A stretch of 64,000 nt of DNA from Terriglobia bacterium (GCA_965218585.1 CBDCLE010000017.1:128001-192000), one strand, 5' to 3'; shown: positions 9,579-20,812, numbered from the stretch's first letter. Notes: generated by a model from the letters alone, not told the origin. Numbers and translations: made by a program.

Positions 9579-11695
9579 TTGCTTCAGTTCATTCACCGCC
9601 GTCTGCGTTCGAGACCACGACCTGCAAAGTTTGCGATCTTCACTGTGTGTCTGGCCACGGTATTCCTGTCGTGGACTCATTTTTCAGATGCGCAGCAACT
9701 CGATCTGGTGATGGATATCCCGGAGGCGCCGGCTTTTTCGAGTGACACCCTCAATGCTCTTCCGACGGACGGATGGCTGACCAACGGCGGTAACCTCGCC
9801 AACCAACGCTATTCCCCTCTCACACAGATCACTCAGGAAAACGTCGGAGACCTCAAGGCTGTCTGGAGGACTCACCTGGACGCATCGGGTTCCGGCCCCC
9901 GTTATTCAGGGGAAGCTTCCCCGATCGTTCATGAAGGCGTTGTTTACATCCCTACCGGAGAAGACGATGTGTTTGCGTTGAGCGTCGAAACCGGTGAGAT
10001 CGTTTGGAAATACCAGGCCCGTTTAGATCAGACCATCGACACGGTCTGCTGCGGATGGTCCAGCCGGGGTGTCGCTCTGGGCGATGGGAAGGTGTACGTC
10101 GGGCAGCTCGACGGCAAACTCGTGGCTTTGGATCAACAGAGCGGAGACATTGAATGGTCGACGCAGGCCGAACGCTGGGAAGAGGGTTACACCATTACGA
10201 GCGCGCCTCTCTATTACAACGGTCTGGTCATCACCGGCTTCGCTGGCGCGGAGCGCGCCACGCGCGGTCGCGTCAAGGCTTACGATGCCGACAACGGCTC
10301 GCTCGTCTGGACTTTCTATGTCGTTCCCGGCCCCGGTGAACCCGGGAACGAAACGTGGCCTCAAGACAATGAGGCCTGGCGTTACGGCGGGGGGACAGTT
10401 TGGCAAACCCCGGCTGTAGATCCGGACCTCGGCATGATCTATTTCTCGACGGCAAACGCGAATCCGGACCTCGACGGTTTCTTATCGGGCAGGAGACAAT
10501 CTGTACACGTCTTCTGTCGTCGCATTGGACGTCACGACGGGCGAATACCGCTGGCACTACCAGACCGTCCACCACGACATCTGGGACTATGACATGTCAA
10601 CTCCGGTGGTCCTGTTTGACGTCGAGATCGACGGCCGCGAGCGCCAGGGACTGGCCGCAACGAGCAAGACCGGATGGTTGTACATCCTGGACCGCACAGA
10701 CGGAGAACCGCTGATCGGGATTGAAGAACGGCCGGTACCCCAGGAACCCCGGCAGGCGACCTCCGCAACACAGCCTTATCCCGTCGGTGACGCCTTCGTT
10801 CCACAGAGCGTGGACATCGCACCCGAAGGCTTCGCGCTCGTCAATGGAGGCCGCATTTTCACGCCGTTCTGGACAGAACGTATCGTGCTCAAGCCTTCGG
10901 CTCTGGGCGGAGCCAATTGGCCACCGTCCTCCTATGACCCCGAAAACCAGACCTATTTTGTTTGCGCAAACGACAAGTACCAGAGCCTCGCTTATTCAAT
11001 TCCCGTCAACAATGAGGACCCCGAGCCCGGGGAGATGCGTGCGGGAGGGTCACTGGGGGGTGAGGTCCCACTGCCCACGTTCGGCATTCTGGCGGCGATG
11101 GATGTGACGACAAACCGCATGGTCTGGCAACAAAAGTGGGCCGACTTTTGTTACAGCGGGTCTGCCGTAACGGCCACGGGCGTGCTCTTTATCGGCCGCG
11201 ACGACGGACGGTTCACAGCGCTGGACACCGAGGACGGCTCACTCTTGTGGGAGTTTCAAACCGGTGCCGGAGTCAACGCTCCGCCGGCGGTCTTCGAATA
11301 CGAGGGCACTCAGTACGTCGTCGCGTATTCGGCCGGCAACTTGTTTGCCGGATCGCCCAAGGGTGACAGCGTGTGGCTGTTTTCCCTGAACGGCACACTC
11401 GAACCGGTTGCTCCGCCCACTAACGTTGCCGGCCGCGGTGCGGCACCTGCTGCGGCCCGTCCGGCGGATCCAGATCTGGGACGTTTGGTCTACACGCAAA
11501 CCTGCTTGTTCTGTCACGGCTCCGAAGGAGCGGGCGGACACGGCGGTCCCCCCATAGAGAGCGTTTTTTGACGAAACAACGGCAGCCGGACTCATCCGGG
11601 CCGGTCGGAACGATATGCCCGCTTTCGGCACACTTCTGACGGAACAGGAAATCGCCGACGTGTCTGCATACATCATCACGGAGTTGGGCCAATAG
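9579..11695 (+). CDS. PQQ-dependent alcohol dehydrogenase-like quinohemoprotein with C-terminal cytochrome c (two apparent homopolymer frameshifts)
   Basis: RBS aggagg with TTG start and signal peptide. NQRYSPL, vicinal VCCG, GGGTVW, GDNLY, HHDIWDYD, GGANW, CLFCH and a distal MPAF. An extra T near 10479 and near 11565 breaks the frame. Confidence 0.88.
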
Positions 11696-11728
11696 AAGAG
11701 GGTGGGGGGAGCGCCGAAGGAACCGCGA

Positions 11729-13345
11729 ATGCATCAAGGCATCGGATTGACAATTCTTACGGTCTTCGCACTTCTTATTTCGGCGTGCGGTTCCCCGCCC
11801 GTACTCCAGTTGATAGAAATCACCGAAAGACCGAGTGATACCGTTCCTCTGGCAAGCCTGCTCACACTGCAAACCGATCAACCGACGACGGTCTCGCTGG
11901 AGTTCAGTGATGGGGAACGTAGCTGGGATGTGGAGCCGGAATCGGAGTTGGCAACCCGCCACGAGATCCCCCTGATCGGGATGCGCCCAAACCGGACTCA
12001 CAACCTACGCGTGGAGGTCATCGACCAGGGGGGGCGTATCGCAGCATCCCAACCCCTGGAGATCACGACGCCTCCACTTCCGGAAGACTTCCCTCCTCTG
12101 GAGACCCGAATCAGCGAACCGGAACTCATGGAGCCGGGTTTTACGATGTTCAACCTGACCAACCGGAACTCCGATGGCCGGGACGAGACCGGACCGCTCG
12201 TGATCGTGGATGAGGCTGGTGAGGTTGTCTGGTACTACTGGACCGACCATCTCGTGGGCGATGCTCGCAGGCTTCGGAACGGAAACATCCTGTATCAGTC
12301 AGGGCGGGACGGCCGGATTTACGAGATCGACATGCTGGGCAACGTCATCTCCCAATGGACGTCCGATCGGACGTTCGAAGAACTCGTGCTCCCTGGGAAC
12401 ATTCCGGTCAACACGGATACGTTTCACCACGACGCATTCGAAACCGCTTCAGGAAATATTCTCGCGATCAGCTCGGAGCTTCGAAATTTCGACGATTTTC
12501 CGAGCAGTGATACCGATCCAAACGCGTCACGATTGACCTCGGAAGTCGTCGGGGACGTCCTCGTCGAATTCGGCCGCGACGGCCAGTTGCTTCGCGAAGT
12601 AAGACTCCTGGACGTTCTCGATCCTCTCCGCATCAGCTACAACTCGCTCGGCGCCGGATACTGGACTTCCGTCTACGGTCAGCCCGAAGGTCTTCCCAGG
12701 CGGGATTGGGCGCACACCAACGCGGTCGTGATGGATGCGAGCGAAACCTACGCCATTGCGTCCATGCGACACCAGGACGCCGTGGTCAAGATCAACATGG
12801 ACACTGGAGAGCTCGGGTGGATCCTCGGGGATCACGGCGGATGGGGCCCCGAATGGCAGGAGTATCTGCTGGAACCGGTTGGCGGTCTTGTCTGGCCCTA
12901 TCACCAGCACGCACCGATGATCACGCCCGCAGGCAACATCTTGATGTTCGACAACGGGAACAATCGGGCGGTAGCGTTCGAGGAGCGTGTCCCGATTGAG
13001 GACTCTTTCAGTCGCGCAGTCGAGTACGCCGTGGACGAAGACAATATGACCGTGACCCAGGTCTGGTCTTATGGCGGCGGACCGGAAGACAAAACCTACT
13101 TTGCAAACTTCGTCAGCGACGCCGACTGGATGACGGATACCGGCAACGTCCTGATCGATTTTGGAGGACTGGTCTCGGACGACGAGGGCCGATTCGTCGC
13201 GGGCGGTACGCACAACTGGACACGTATCGTTGAAGTGACCCACGAGACACCGGCCAGGAAAGTCTTTGAACTCTTTGTAAACGCAGAACCACCCGAAGGA
13301 TGGTTCTCGTTCCGCGCGGAACGTATCCCCAGCGTCTATCCATAG
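11729..13345 (+). CDS. Arylsulfotransferase (ASST family) lipoprotein
   Basis: Lipobox LISAC, N-terminal Ig-like region, FHHD, DWAHTNA, SMRHQD, HQHAP, MFDNG, FSRAVEY. Confidence 0.88.
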   Translation: MHQGIGLTILTVFALLISACGSPPVLQLIEITERPSDTVPLASLLTLQTDQPTTVSLEFSDGERSWDVEPESELATRHEIPLIGMRPNRTHNLRVEVIDQGGRIAASQPLEITTPPLPEDFPPLETRISEPELMEPGFTMFNLTNRNSDGRDETGPLVIVDEAGEVVWYYWTDHLVGDARRLRNGNILYQSGRDGRIYEIDMLGNVISQWTSDRTFEELVLPGNIPVNTDTFHHDAFETASGNILAISSELRNFDDFPSSDTDPNASRLTSEVVGDVLVEFGRDGQLLREVRLLDVLDPLRISYNSLGAGYWTSVYGQPEGLPRRDWAHTNAVVMDASETYAIASMRHQDAVVKINMDTGELGWILGDHGGWGPEWQEYLLEPVGGLVWPYHQHAPMITPAGNILMFDNGNNRAVAFEERVPIEDSFSRAVEYAVDEDNMTVTQVWSYGGGPEDKTYFANFVSDADWMTDTGNVLIDFGGLVSDDEGRFVAGGTHNWTRIVEVTHETPARKVFELFVNAEPPEGWFSFRAERIPSVYP

Positions 13346-13362
13346 CAAGACCGCTAAGTGGC

Positions 13363-13845
13363 CTAAGACTTCACGAACTCCACAACCCCCAGGACGTCCT
13401 GCCATACCAGCCGGCCGATCGGTCCCGAGCTGTAGACGCCGACCATGATCTTGCCGTCGGGACGCAAAAGGTATCCCGTGCCGTGGAGAATCCCTCGCTT
13501 TTCCTCGTAGAAGGCTCCTGTAAGGCCGGACACCTCCTTGAAATCCAGGCCGTAACCTACGGGAAAATTGATTCCGCACTCTTCGATCGTTTTCTGTGCA
13601 TTTTCCTCCGAATCCACGGAGGCGGCCACCACCCTGACGCCCTCGTCGCTTAGCTTACTGGCCTTCGCGAAAGCAGTCAGCTGCTGGCGGCAGTACGGTC
13701 ACCAATGCCCCCGATACAGGAGAACGACTCCAAAACTGTCGGCAAGCTCATCGGGAAGACTGAGCGTTCCGCCTCCGACTCTCTGGATTTCGAGCTTTGG
13801 AAAATCATCTCCCGAATCCAATATTTTTGTCCCTTCTGTGGGCAT
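13363..13845 (-). CDS. Peroxiredoxin-like (AhpC/TSA) selenoprotein with UxxC motif
   Basis: RBS gaggag, then ATG 13845 reads MPTEGTKILDSGDDFP...VLLYRGHW-TGA-PYCRQQL...GVRVVAASVD in frame with the 13632 ORF. TGA at 13699-13701 occupies the first Cys of CxxC. Confidence 0.85.
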
Positions 13846-13888
13846 ATATAACTCCTCGTGAGAACGTTACGAACTTCTGCGATTTACA

Positions 13889-14650
13889 TTAGATCAGGAC
13901 GCGCAAAAGGACAATCATACCGGATACGAATGAGAGGCCGAGTACCAGTGGTCGAATGATTCCGTCCGACATCCGGTCGCGCAACGGTGCTGCCAGCCAG
14001 AAACCCAGTGCCATCGGTGGAGCTAAGAATAGAGACAGAACGAGTTCTTCAGCCCCGAAGCGGCCGATAAAGAACAAGACCGTGAGAGAAATAGCGCCCC
14101 CTAGCAGAAAATACCCGGCCAGCGTTCCGCGCAGGCGCGATGCTCCCGAACTCTGATAGAGGAGCGCCATAGGAGGGCCGCCTATGGAAGATATCGTTCC
14201 CATCAGACCCGACAACGTGCCCGCTATGACAGCATTCCTCCGGTTCGGCCGCGGACGAATGCCGGCGGCGCTCAAGATCACGGCGAACATCACAAGTACA
14301 GCGAAGGCGAGGTCGAACGAGGCTTCGGAGGCAACCAACAAGAATCCTGCCGCACCCGCCGTACCCACCACTCGCCCGATGAGGGAAAACGTCACACCGG
14401 ACACATCAACGTGCTGATGGTCTCGAATCAGGATGAAAGCCGTCAGAACCATCCCCGCGGCCATCATGGGTCCGGGCACGAATGGTCCATAGATCAGCAG
14501 CAAGAGCGGGGCCGCAACCAATGCAAGACCAAACCCCGCCGCAGATTGAACGACAGCGGCTATCGTGGCAATCGCGAATACGGCAATGGCTTCGACCGGA
14601 CCCAGCGGAAAGGAAAACATTGAGTGGGCATCCTGCATGATTCGTGACAA
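13889..14650 (-). CDS. Sulfite exporter TauE/SafE family membrane protein
   Basis: VQSAAGFGLALVAAP and GLMGTISSIGGPP repeats; multiple TM helices. Confidence 0.85.
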   Translation of the reverse strand: MSRIMQDAHSMFSFPLGPVEAIAVFAIATIAAVVQSAAGFGLALVAAPLLLLIYGPFVPGPMMAAGMVLTAFILIRDHQHVDVSGVTFSLIGRVVGTAGAAGFLLVASEASFDLAFAVLVMFAVILSAAGIRPRPNRRNAVIAGTLSGLMGTISSIGGPPMALLYQSSGASRLRGTLAGYFLLGGAISLTVLFFIGRFGAEELVLSLFLAPPMALGFWLAAPLRDRMSDGIIRPLVLGLSFVSGMIVLLRVLI

Positions 14651-14921
14651 AGAATCCAGTACGGGTTCAACTACGGTTTAAAAAGGTCCGGACAATCTGT
14701 CACGAGCGGGAACCCTTGAGGTTAATAGTGACATGGAAATTCACCCTGTGATGGCCTCATTCCGCGTAACATGCTGGAATTACGGAACTAGATTTGGCCC
14801 ATCAGTTGCTTCCTCAAGAATCGGGCTCTACGACGTGGTGGAGAGTTCCTCGTCGGTCTGAGTCCCTTTCTGGAGAGCCGTTGAGGCATACTTTCCAGAG
14901 ACCGAACATGCTTCAGGAGAA

Positions 14922-17261
14922 GTGATGGCTATTTTTCGTAGAGACTTTCTGAAATACGCGGGTACCGGCATGGCACTGCTGCCGGTAGAGACACTATGGG
15001 AATCGGGCACGACGCTCGCTCAAGTCGAAGCGCCGGGGCTGGACCCCAGACTGACCTGGTCGAAGGCACCCTGCCGGTTCTGCGGAGTCGGATGCGGCGT
15101 CATGGTCGGCGCCGAGGATGGAGTTGTCAAGGCAGTGGCGGGCGACGAACTGAGCCCGGTGAACCGTGGGCTTCTCTGCGTCAAGGGATACAGTCTGCCC
15201 GCTGTTCTCTACGGTGAAGACCGCCTCCTCTATCCCCAGATCCGAACGTCCAATGGACTCAGGCGAGCCACCTGGGATGAGGCCCTCGATCTGATCGCCG
15301 CACGATACTCCGAGACGCTGGATCAATCCGGCCCCGAATCTGTTGCGATTTACGGATCCGGCCAGTGGACGCTTTCCGACGGGTATGTTGCCAGCAAGTG
15401 GTTCCGCGCCGGCATGGGATCCAATAACGTCGAGTCCAACGCCCGACTTTGCATGGCCAGCGCGGTCACGGGATTCATTACGAGTTTCGGTATGGACGAA
15501 CCCATGGGCAACTACGACGATCTGGAAGCGGCCGACGTTCTGGTGCTCTGGGGCAACAACATGGCGGAGAACCACCCGGTCCTGTTCTCAAGAATCATTG
15601 AATCGAAGCGCATCAGACCGGAGGTGCAGATCATCGACATCGGGACCCGCCGGACTCCTACGACGGATTATGCCGACCAGTTCGTGGGAATACAGCCAAA
15701 TGGGGACCTTGCACTGGCCAACGCCATCGCGCAGGTCATTGTCGCCTCCGACAGGATCGACCGTGATTTCATTAACGATCACACGGTCTTCCGGCGCGGG
15801 CGGGAAAACATCGGCTACGGCCTGGAAGACAAGTTTGTTTTCAACGATCAGCCCGAGGCCATGACCCTGGAGGAATTCCGAGCCTATCTCGAACCGTATG
15901 CTCCCGAACAGGCAGCCGCCCCGAGCGGTATTCCGGCCGAGCAGATCCGTCAGATCGCCGAACTCTATGCCGATCCTTCCAGGAAGGTCGTCTCTCTCTG
16001 GTGTATGGGAATGAACCAGCACGTGCGCGGCACCTGGATCAACAACCTTGTAAACAATCTCCATCTGTTGACGGGAAAGATAGCCAAACCCGGCAACAAC
16101 CCGTTTTCATTGACCGGGCAACCCAGCGCCTGCGGTACGGTGCGCGAAGTGGGTACGCTTGCGCACCGTCTGCCGGCCGACATGGTCGTCACCAACCCCG
16201 AACACAGGCAGACGGCGGCCGATATCTGGGATGTCCCGGTTGAGCAAATACCCCCGACTCCGGGATACAACACCGTTGAAATGTTCCGCGCCCTGGATCG
16301 GGGAGACATTCGCACCATGTGGATTCAAGTGACTAACCCGATGGTGACGATGCCGCATCTTTCCAGATATCGCAGCGCTGCGGAAAAGGAAGACCGTTTC
16401 ATCGTAGTCTCGGAGGTATATCCCACACCCACGACGGAGATTGCTGATGTTGTCCTCCCCTCTGCCATGTGGGTGGAACGCAGTGGCATGTTCGGAAACT
16501 CGGAACGCCGGACGCAGCAATGGTTCCAGGCTGCAACTCCGCCGGGAGAAGCCCGTTCCGACGTATGGCAACTCATGGAAGTTGCACGCCGGATGGGATA
16601 TGACGACCTCTTCGACTACAGCGATGACTACGAGCGCGAAATCTTCAACGAATACCGTCAGTTTACGCTCGGCCGCGGCCACGACCTTGCCGAGTACGAC
16701 GATTACGTAGAGAACCGGGGATTGCGCTGGCCAGTCGTTGATGGACAGGAAACCGCCTATCGTTACGCAGAAGGATCCGATCCCTACGTTCCGGCAGGCG
16801 AGTCCTTCAGGTTTTACGGCAACGAAGCAACCGACGGACGTGCTGTTATCTGGGCTCGGCCCTATGAGCCACCGGCCGAAATCGTCGATGATGACTACCC
16901 GTTCTGGTTATCGACCGGCCGGGTTCTCGAACACTGGCACACCGGCAGCATGACGCGCCGAGTGGGACCACTGCACGGAGCCGTCAGTGAAACCTATGTG
17001 GAATTGAATCCGGACGATGCGCGCGATATGGGCATCCAATCGGGGAACAGCGTCCGTCTGGTGAGCCGGCGTGGAGAAATTGTCCTTCCGGCCAGCATCG
17101 ATGGCCGGGGACAGCCCCAACGCAGGATGGTTTTCGTTCCCTTCTTTGAAGAAGCGAAGCTGATCAACCAACTGACACTGGATGCCTACTGTCCGATATC
17201 CAAGCAGCCGGACTACAAGAAGTGCGCTGTACGTGTCGAGAAGGTGGGGAACACGGCATGA
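14922..17261 (+). CDS. napA: Periplasmic nitrate reductase catalytic subunit
   Basis: Tat signal RRDFLK, CRFCGVGC...LCVKG [4Fe-4S], GSGQW, NARLCMASA Mo-ligand Cys, SLTGQPSACGTVREVG, C-terminal CPISKQPDYKKCAV. Confidence 0.93.
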   Translation: MMAIFRRDFLKYAGTGMALLPVETLWESGTTLAQVEAPGLDPRLTWSKAPCRFCGVGCGVMVGAEDGVVKAVAGDELSPVNRGLLCVKGYSLPAVLYGEDRLLYPQIRTSNGLRRATWDEALDLIAARYSETLDQSGPESVAIYGSGQWTLSDGYVASKWFRAGMGSNNVESNARLCMASAVTGFITSFGMDEPMGNYDDLEAADVLVLWGNNMAENHPVLFSRIIESKRIRPEVQIIDIGTRRTPTTDYADQFVGIQPNGDLALANAIAQVIVASDRIDRDFINDHTVFRRGRENIGYGLEDKFVFNDQPEAMTLEEFRAYLEPYAPEQAAAPSGIPAEQIRQIAELYADPSRKVVSLWCMGMNQHVRGTWINNLVNNLHLLTGKIAKPGNNPFSLTGQPSACGTVREVGTLAHRLPADMVVTNPEHRQTAADIWDVPVEQIPPTPGYNTVEMFRALDRGDIRTMWIQVTNPMVTMPHLSRYRSAAEKEDRFIVVSEVYPTPTTEIADVVLPSAMWVERSGMFGNSERRTQQWFQAATPPGEARSDVWQLMEVARRMGYDDLFDYSDDYEREIFNEYRQFTLGRGHDLAEYDDYVENRGLRWPVVDGQETAYRYAEGSDPYVPAGESFRFYGNEATDGRAVIWARPYEPPAEIVDDDYPFWLSTGRVLEHWHTGSMTRRVGPLHGAVSETYVELNPDDARDMGIQSGNSVRLVSRRGEIVLPASIDGRGQPQRRMVFVPFFEEAKLINQLTLDAYCPISKQPDYKKCAVRVEKVGNTA

Positions 17262-17773
17262 TCTTCGGACGTTTCATCGTCGTTGTCTTCGCCCTGTTGC
17301 TCTTTGGCCTGGGAGGTGAGGCACAGGAGGTGGGTCCCGACAACGGGAACGATGGGCGCAACCTGCGTCCACGCCGCCTCTACTTCGGTGCGCCACCGGC
17401 CGCCCCTCACGAGACCGGTGGTTTCATGAGCGATTGCCTTCTCTGCCACGGCCCGAGTTCTTTCGCACCTGAAACACCGCACCCGACTCGAATCGCCTGC
17501 CGGCAGTGTCACGTGAGCGGTGCGACCGATATAATCCCGTTCCGCTCGAGCCGGTTCATCGGCCTGTCACGTCCTCCTCGTAGTGCCCGGCTCGGACCCG
17601 AAGGGCCGCCCCTGATGGCCCATTCTCCTCTACTGCATGAGAACTGCCTCGCCTGCCATGCTCCCGGGGCACGCGAAGCCGTCATATCCACTCCGCACCC
17701 AGAACGGACACGGTGCCAGCAGTGCCATCTCCCACAGGGGGCTAACGCGCCGGAGTTCCGCCCGACCCAGTAA
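17258..17773 (+). CDS. napB: NapB-like c-type cytochrome with four CxxCH motifs
   Basis: ATGA overlap with the napA stop; signal peptide; two repeats of PP..PH...CLxCH...PHP...CxQCH. Confidence 0.75.
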   Translation: MIFGRFIVVVFALLLFGLGGEAQEVGPDNGNDGRNLRPRRLYFGAPPAAPHETGGFMSDCLLCHGPSSFAPETPHPTRIACRQCHVSGATDIIPFRSSRFIGLSRPPRSARLGPEGPPLMAHSPLLHENCLACHAPGAREAVISTPHPERTRCQQCHLPQGANAPEFRPTQ

Positions 17774-17796
17774 GGGAACGGCCTCACTGTCCTCAG

Positions 17797-19989
17797 TCAA
17801 AAATTGAACAAGTTCGTGAACTTGACGATGAGAGCGCGATCGGTGGCCTGATTGCGTTCAGTGTCCCGCACGTCGTTGTAAACGATGAAAAGATCGCTCA
17901 GGGGACTATGAATGATGTTGAAGCGAATATTCGAACTCAGTTGGTGCCGGTCGGCGTTGTACTGCACAAAGGCGTTCAGAAACGCCCGCGCCGTGAACGC
18001 ATAGGTAAAGCGGGCCGCGACAAGGTCGGTCGTGAACTTTCCAGCGGGAAGCGAGATTCGGTTGTGGGTGTAGTCCAGTTCGATATTGACCCGATAATTG
18101 GGCCGGAAATTAAATCTAAAACCGATCGATTTCTGGTCTCCGTTCCAGAACTCACCCCAGTCAGCATCGATACGCCCTCCCAGGCTCGCACTCGTGTCAT
18201 TCCGGATGCTGAAGTCGTACCGCGTGTACTTGTAGTCGCCAGCAGGAATCACGATACCGGGTCGAATGGCAAAGTCCCGTGTCAGACGATCAAAGCTTTC
18301 CATCACGCTGAAATCAATCAAACCGCTGTTCTGGAAGTCGATGCCCAGACCCACCGACTGAGTTCGGGTTTCAACTTTTTCGGTGCTGCCGTTCTCGAAG
18401 TACTCCAGGTTGGCTTCGAAAACGAGATTCCGAATCGAATCGCTACTCTCGATGAGCGGATTCCACGCGATCTCGCCGGCATACTGGCTGATGTTCCGAC
18501 GCCGGACGAATCCCACTTCGGGATTGAAATTTGTCTGGATCTCGTTGTATTCGCCACCAATGACAAATTCATCGTCGCGTCAGGCCGTCTGAAATCTTCG
18601 TGCCTGATTCTCATCGGTCAATCCCGGCGTATCGCTCCCAAGAAGGTAAGCGTCGAATTCCAGCCGTTCGTAAAACTGGAAATGCGCGTCGGCTCCATAG
18701 ACACGGTTGTAGTCATCGGCCGCGCTCGAATTCCGGCTGGTCACAAGTCCTCCGACCCAGGAGTTGGTCATGAGGTTTCGTTTGAACCGACCGACAAAGT
18801 AATCGTTGGACGGTGTGCCCTCGACCGACTCCGTCTTCATAGCCAAAACGCCGACATCGTTCGGACCTAACTGGCCTGTCAGACGACCTCCTCCAACGAT
18901 CGGAATGGGACTGCCGTCCCCGCCCAGGCCGATTCGGCGACTGAAGAACGGAACCAGGTTCCCACCGGGACCAAAGGCAAATGTCCCTGAATTTTCCAGA
19001 AAAAACTCCCTCTTTTCCGGAAAGAAGAGATTGAACCGCGTCAGGTTGACCTGTTGCTGATCCACCTCGACCTGCGCAAAATCTGTTCTATATGTCGCAT
19101 CCAACGTAAGGGATGGCGTGAGCCCGTACTTGATGTCTATTCCACCGTCGAAATCGTAATCGGTGACCATGTCTCCAATTGCAGGATCCGAATTTCGACT
19201 CTGAGTAAACCCGGCTGACGCAAACGGCTTGACCTTCAAATTCCGGCCTTGACGAACGTCCTCCAGGCCACGGAGCGTCCCGGCCAGGGACATGCGAGTT
19301 TGACGGTAACGGACGGGAATGGGAGCCCACATGCTCTCTTCGTTGATCCGCCGAATACCCCGCGAGAGGTTGATGCCCCACTCCTGGGACTGGGAATTCG
19401 AAAATCGGAGCGTCTTAAAGGGAATACGAACCTCTACAATCCAGGCGTCACTGGTCTCGGTGATTTCAAAGTCCCACACCCCGTCCCAATCCCAATTGCT
19501 GGTCCCACCGTTGTTGGCCACCTGACCGTCACGCCGCCCGCCTCCAGGGTTGACGGCGAAAGCAAATCCAGAACGATCGTCATTCAAGCTGTCGATCATT
19601 ATGGCCAGGTTGTCGGACTCGCCGAAGGGGAAGTCGTCGGTGATGTGGTTCACTGTCAGCTGATCCATTTCGGAATCGAAACAGATAATGCCCACGTACA
19701 GATTGTCATCATCGTAGAGAAACCGGGTTTCGGTGGCTTCGGTGGCCGGTGACTCGGGGTTGGGCTGCCACTGCAGAAAGTCACCCGCAACCGCTGCCAC
19801 GGCCCATGCCGCTTCATCCAGGCGGCCGTCGAGGTTTATCGGTTCGGTGATTCGAACGGCATCCACGACTCTGGCGAGGTGCGCTGTGTCGTAATCAATA
19901 GGAACACTTTGGGGGGCGGAAGCTCGAGGAAACACCGGGACGGCACACAGGAGGAACGTAGCGAGAATTCGAACCAAGACCTTGATCAT
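17797..19989 (-). pseudogene. CBM9-like/DUF5916 outer-membrane beta-barrel protein with a single in-frame TGA
   Basis: LDGRLDEAAW, WIVEVRIPFKTLRF, DFAQVEVD, FFPEKREFFLE, FFSRRIGL, C-terminal F. The two ORFs are in the same frame, separated by TGA at 18580-18582 (FQTA*RDDEF). Confidence 0.82.
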
Positions 19990-20020
19990 CTTACGTGAAC
20001 AGCCTAACAGATTTCCCTGT

Positions 20021-20812
20021 TCACTCCGGGGAGTCTCGGAGTCCCTCGGCGCAAGCAAACTCTCGGAGTTCGTCGTTCGGATAGGCTGCTTTTCTATAAG
20101 TGCGAGTCGCTTCCCAGGGTTCGACAAGTGCCACGGGATCGTAGACGACAATCCGATCCTCGAGGATATCGGGAGCAATGAACCGGATTCGCTCGGTCAC
20201 TCTCATCTGTTCGCTGTGAGGGGACGAACCGTCGATAAAAGAGTTTGTGCTCAGTGACACGGTTTCGACCACCAGCGTATCGCCTTCCCAATGGCCGGTC
20301 GAATAGCCGGCGTAGGTGGGGTCATTCAGAACGTCTTCGCTCACCTCACGCCCATCCAGATAAACGCGCCGCATCGCGTCCTGCCACTCGCTGAAGAAAG
20401 TGATCTTGTCGTCAGTCTGCATCACTTCCATGCCGTAGGACATGTTCATCATGTGTGGCATGCCTGGTGGAAGACAGTTTGCGATGTTGTCGTACTCGTA
20501 CGATCCGCTCATGCGGGATTCGCGGATAACTTCCCATCGGGCCATATACTCGGCCCTAAGCCGGGGAGCATTGGGGGAAGGCCCGCCTGACAGGTCACCG
20601 ACCGGAGCAGGCCGGGGAGGTGGAAGAGGGCCCTGCGGTTGATTTGCCAGTGCGCCACCCCGACCCTGCTGAAACGGATAATACACGCCCGAAAAGTCAT
20701 GTGCGGTTGTGGATTCTCCGGCAGAATCCTGAGCGCTCGCGCTCCCCGATATCAGGACAACCACGCCCAGAAAAGCCACGATCCACGATGCCCAAACGAT
20801 GGTTTTTTGCAT
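20021..20812 (-). CDS. Secreted hypothetical protein (DxSGxW / CxPxG / GxSxGxWEGDTLVV family)
   Basis: Signal peptide; HDFSGVY, CLPPGMP, RRVYLDGR, GYSTGHWEGDTLVVET, DPVALVEPW. Same motif set as the genes at 43612-48191. Confidence 0.8.
   Translation of the reverse strand: MQKTIVWASWIVAFLGVVVLISGSASAQDSAGESTTAHDFSGVYYPFQQGRGGALANQPQGPLPPPRPAPVGDLSGGPSPNAPRLRAEYMARWEVIRESRMSGSYEYDNIANCLPPGMPHMMNMSYGMEVMQTDDKITFFSEWQDAMRRVYLDGREVSEDVLNDPTYAGYSTGHWEGDTLVVETVSLSTNSFIDGSSPHSEQMRVTERIRFIAPDILEDRIVVYDPVALVEPWEATRTYRKAAYPNDELREFACAEGLRDSPE

Noticed and set aside
14660-14921. FNR/CRP-type site upstream of napA
   Set aside because: Only partial half-sites (e.g. tgtgatggcctca) with wrong spacing.
18580-18582. 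In-frame TGA in the DUF5916 gene as selenocysteine or alternative genetic code
   Set aside because: The context (FQTA*RDD) is not a redox motif and fits TGG->TGA. Many genes here end normally in TGA.
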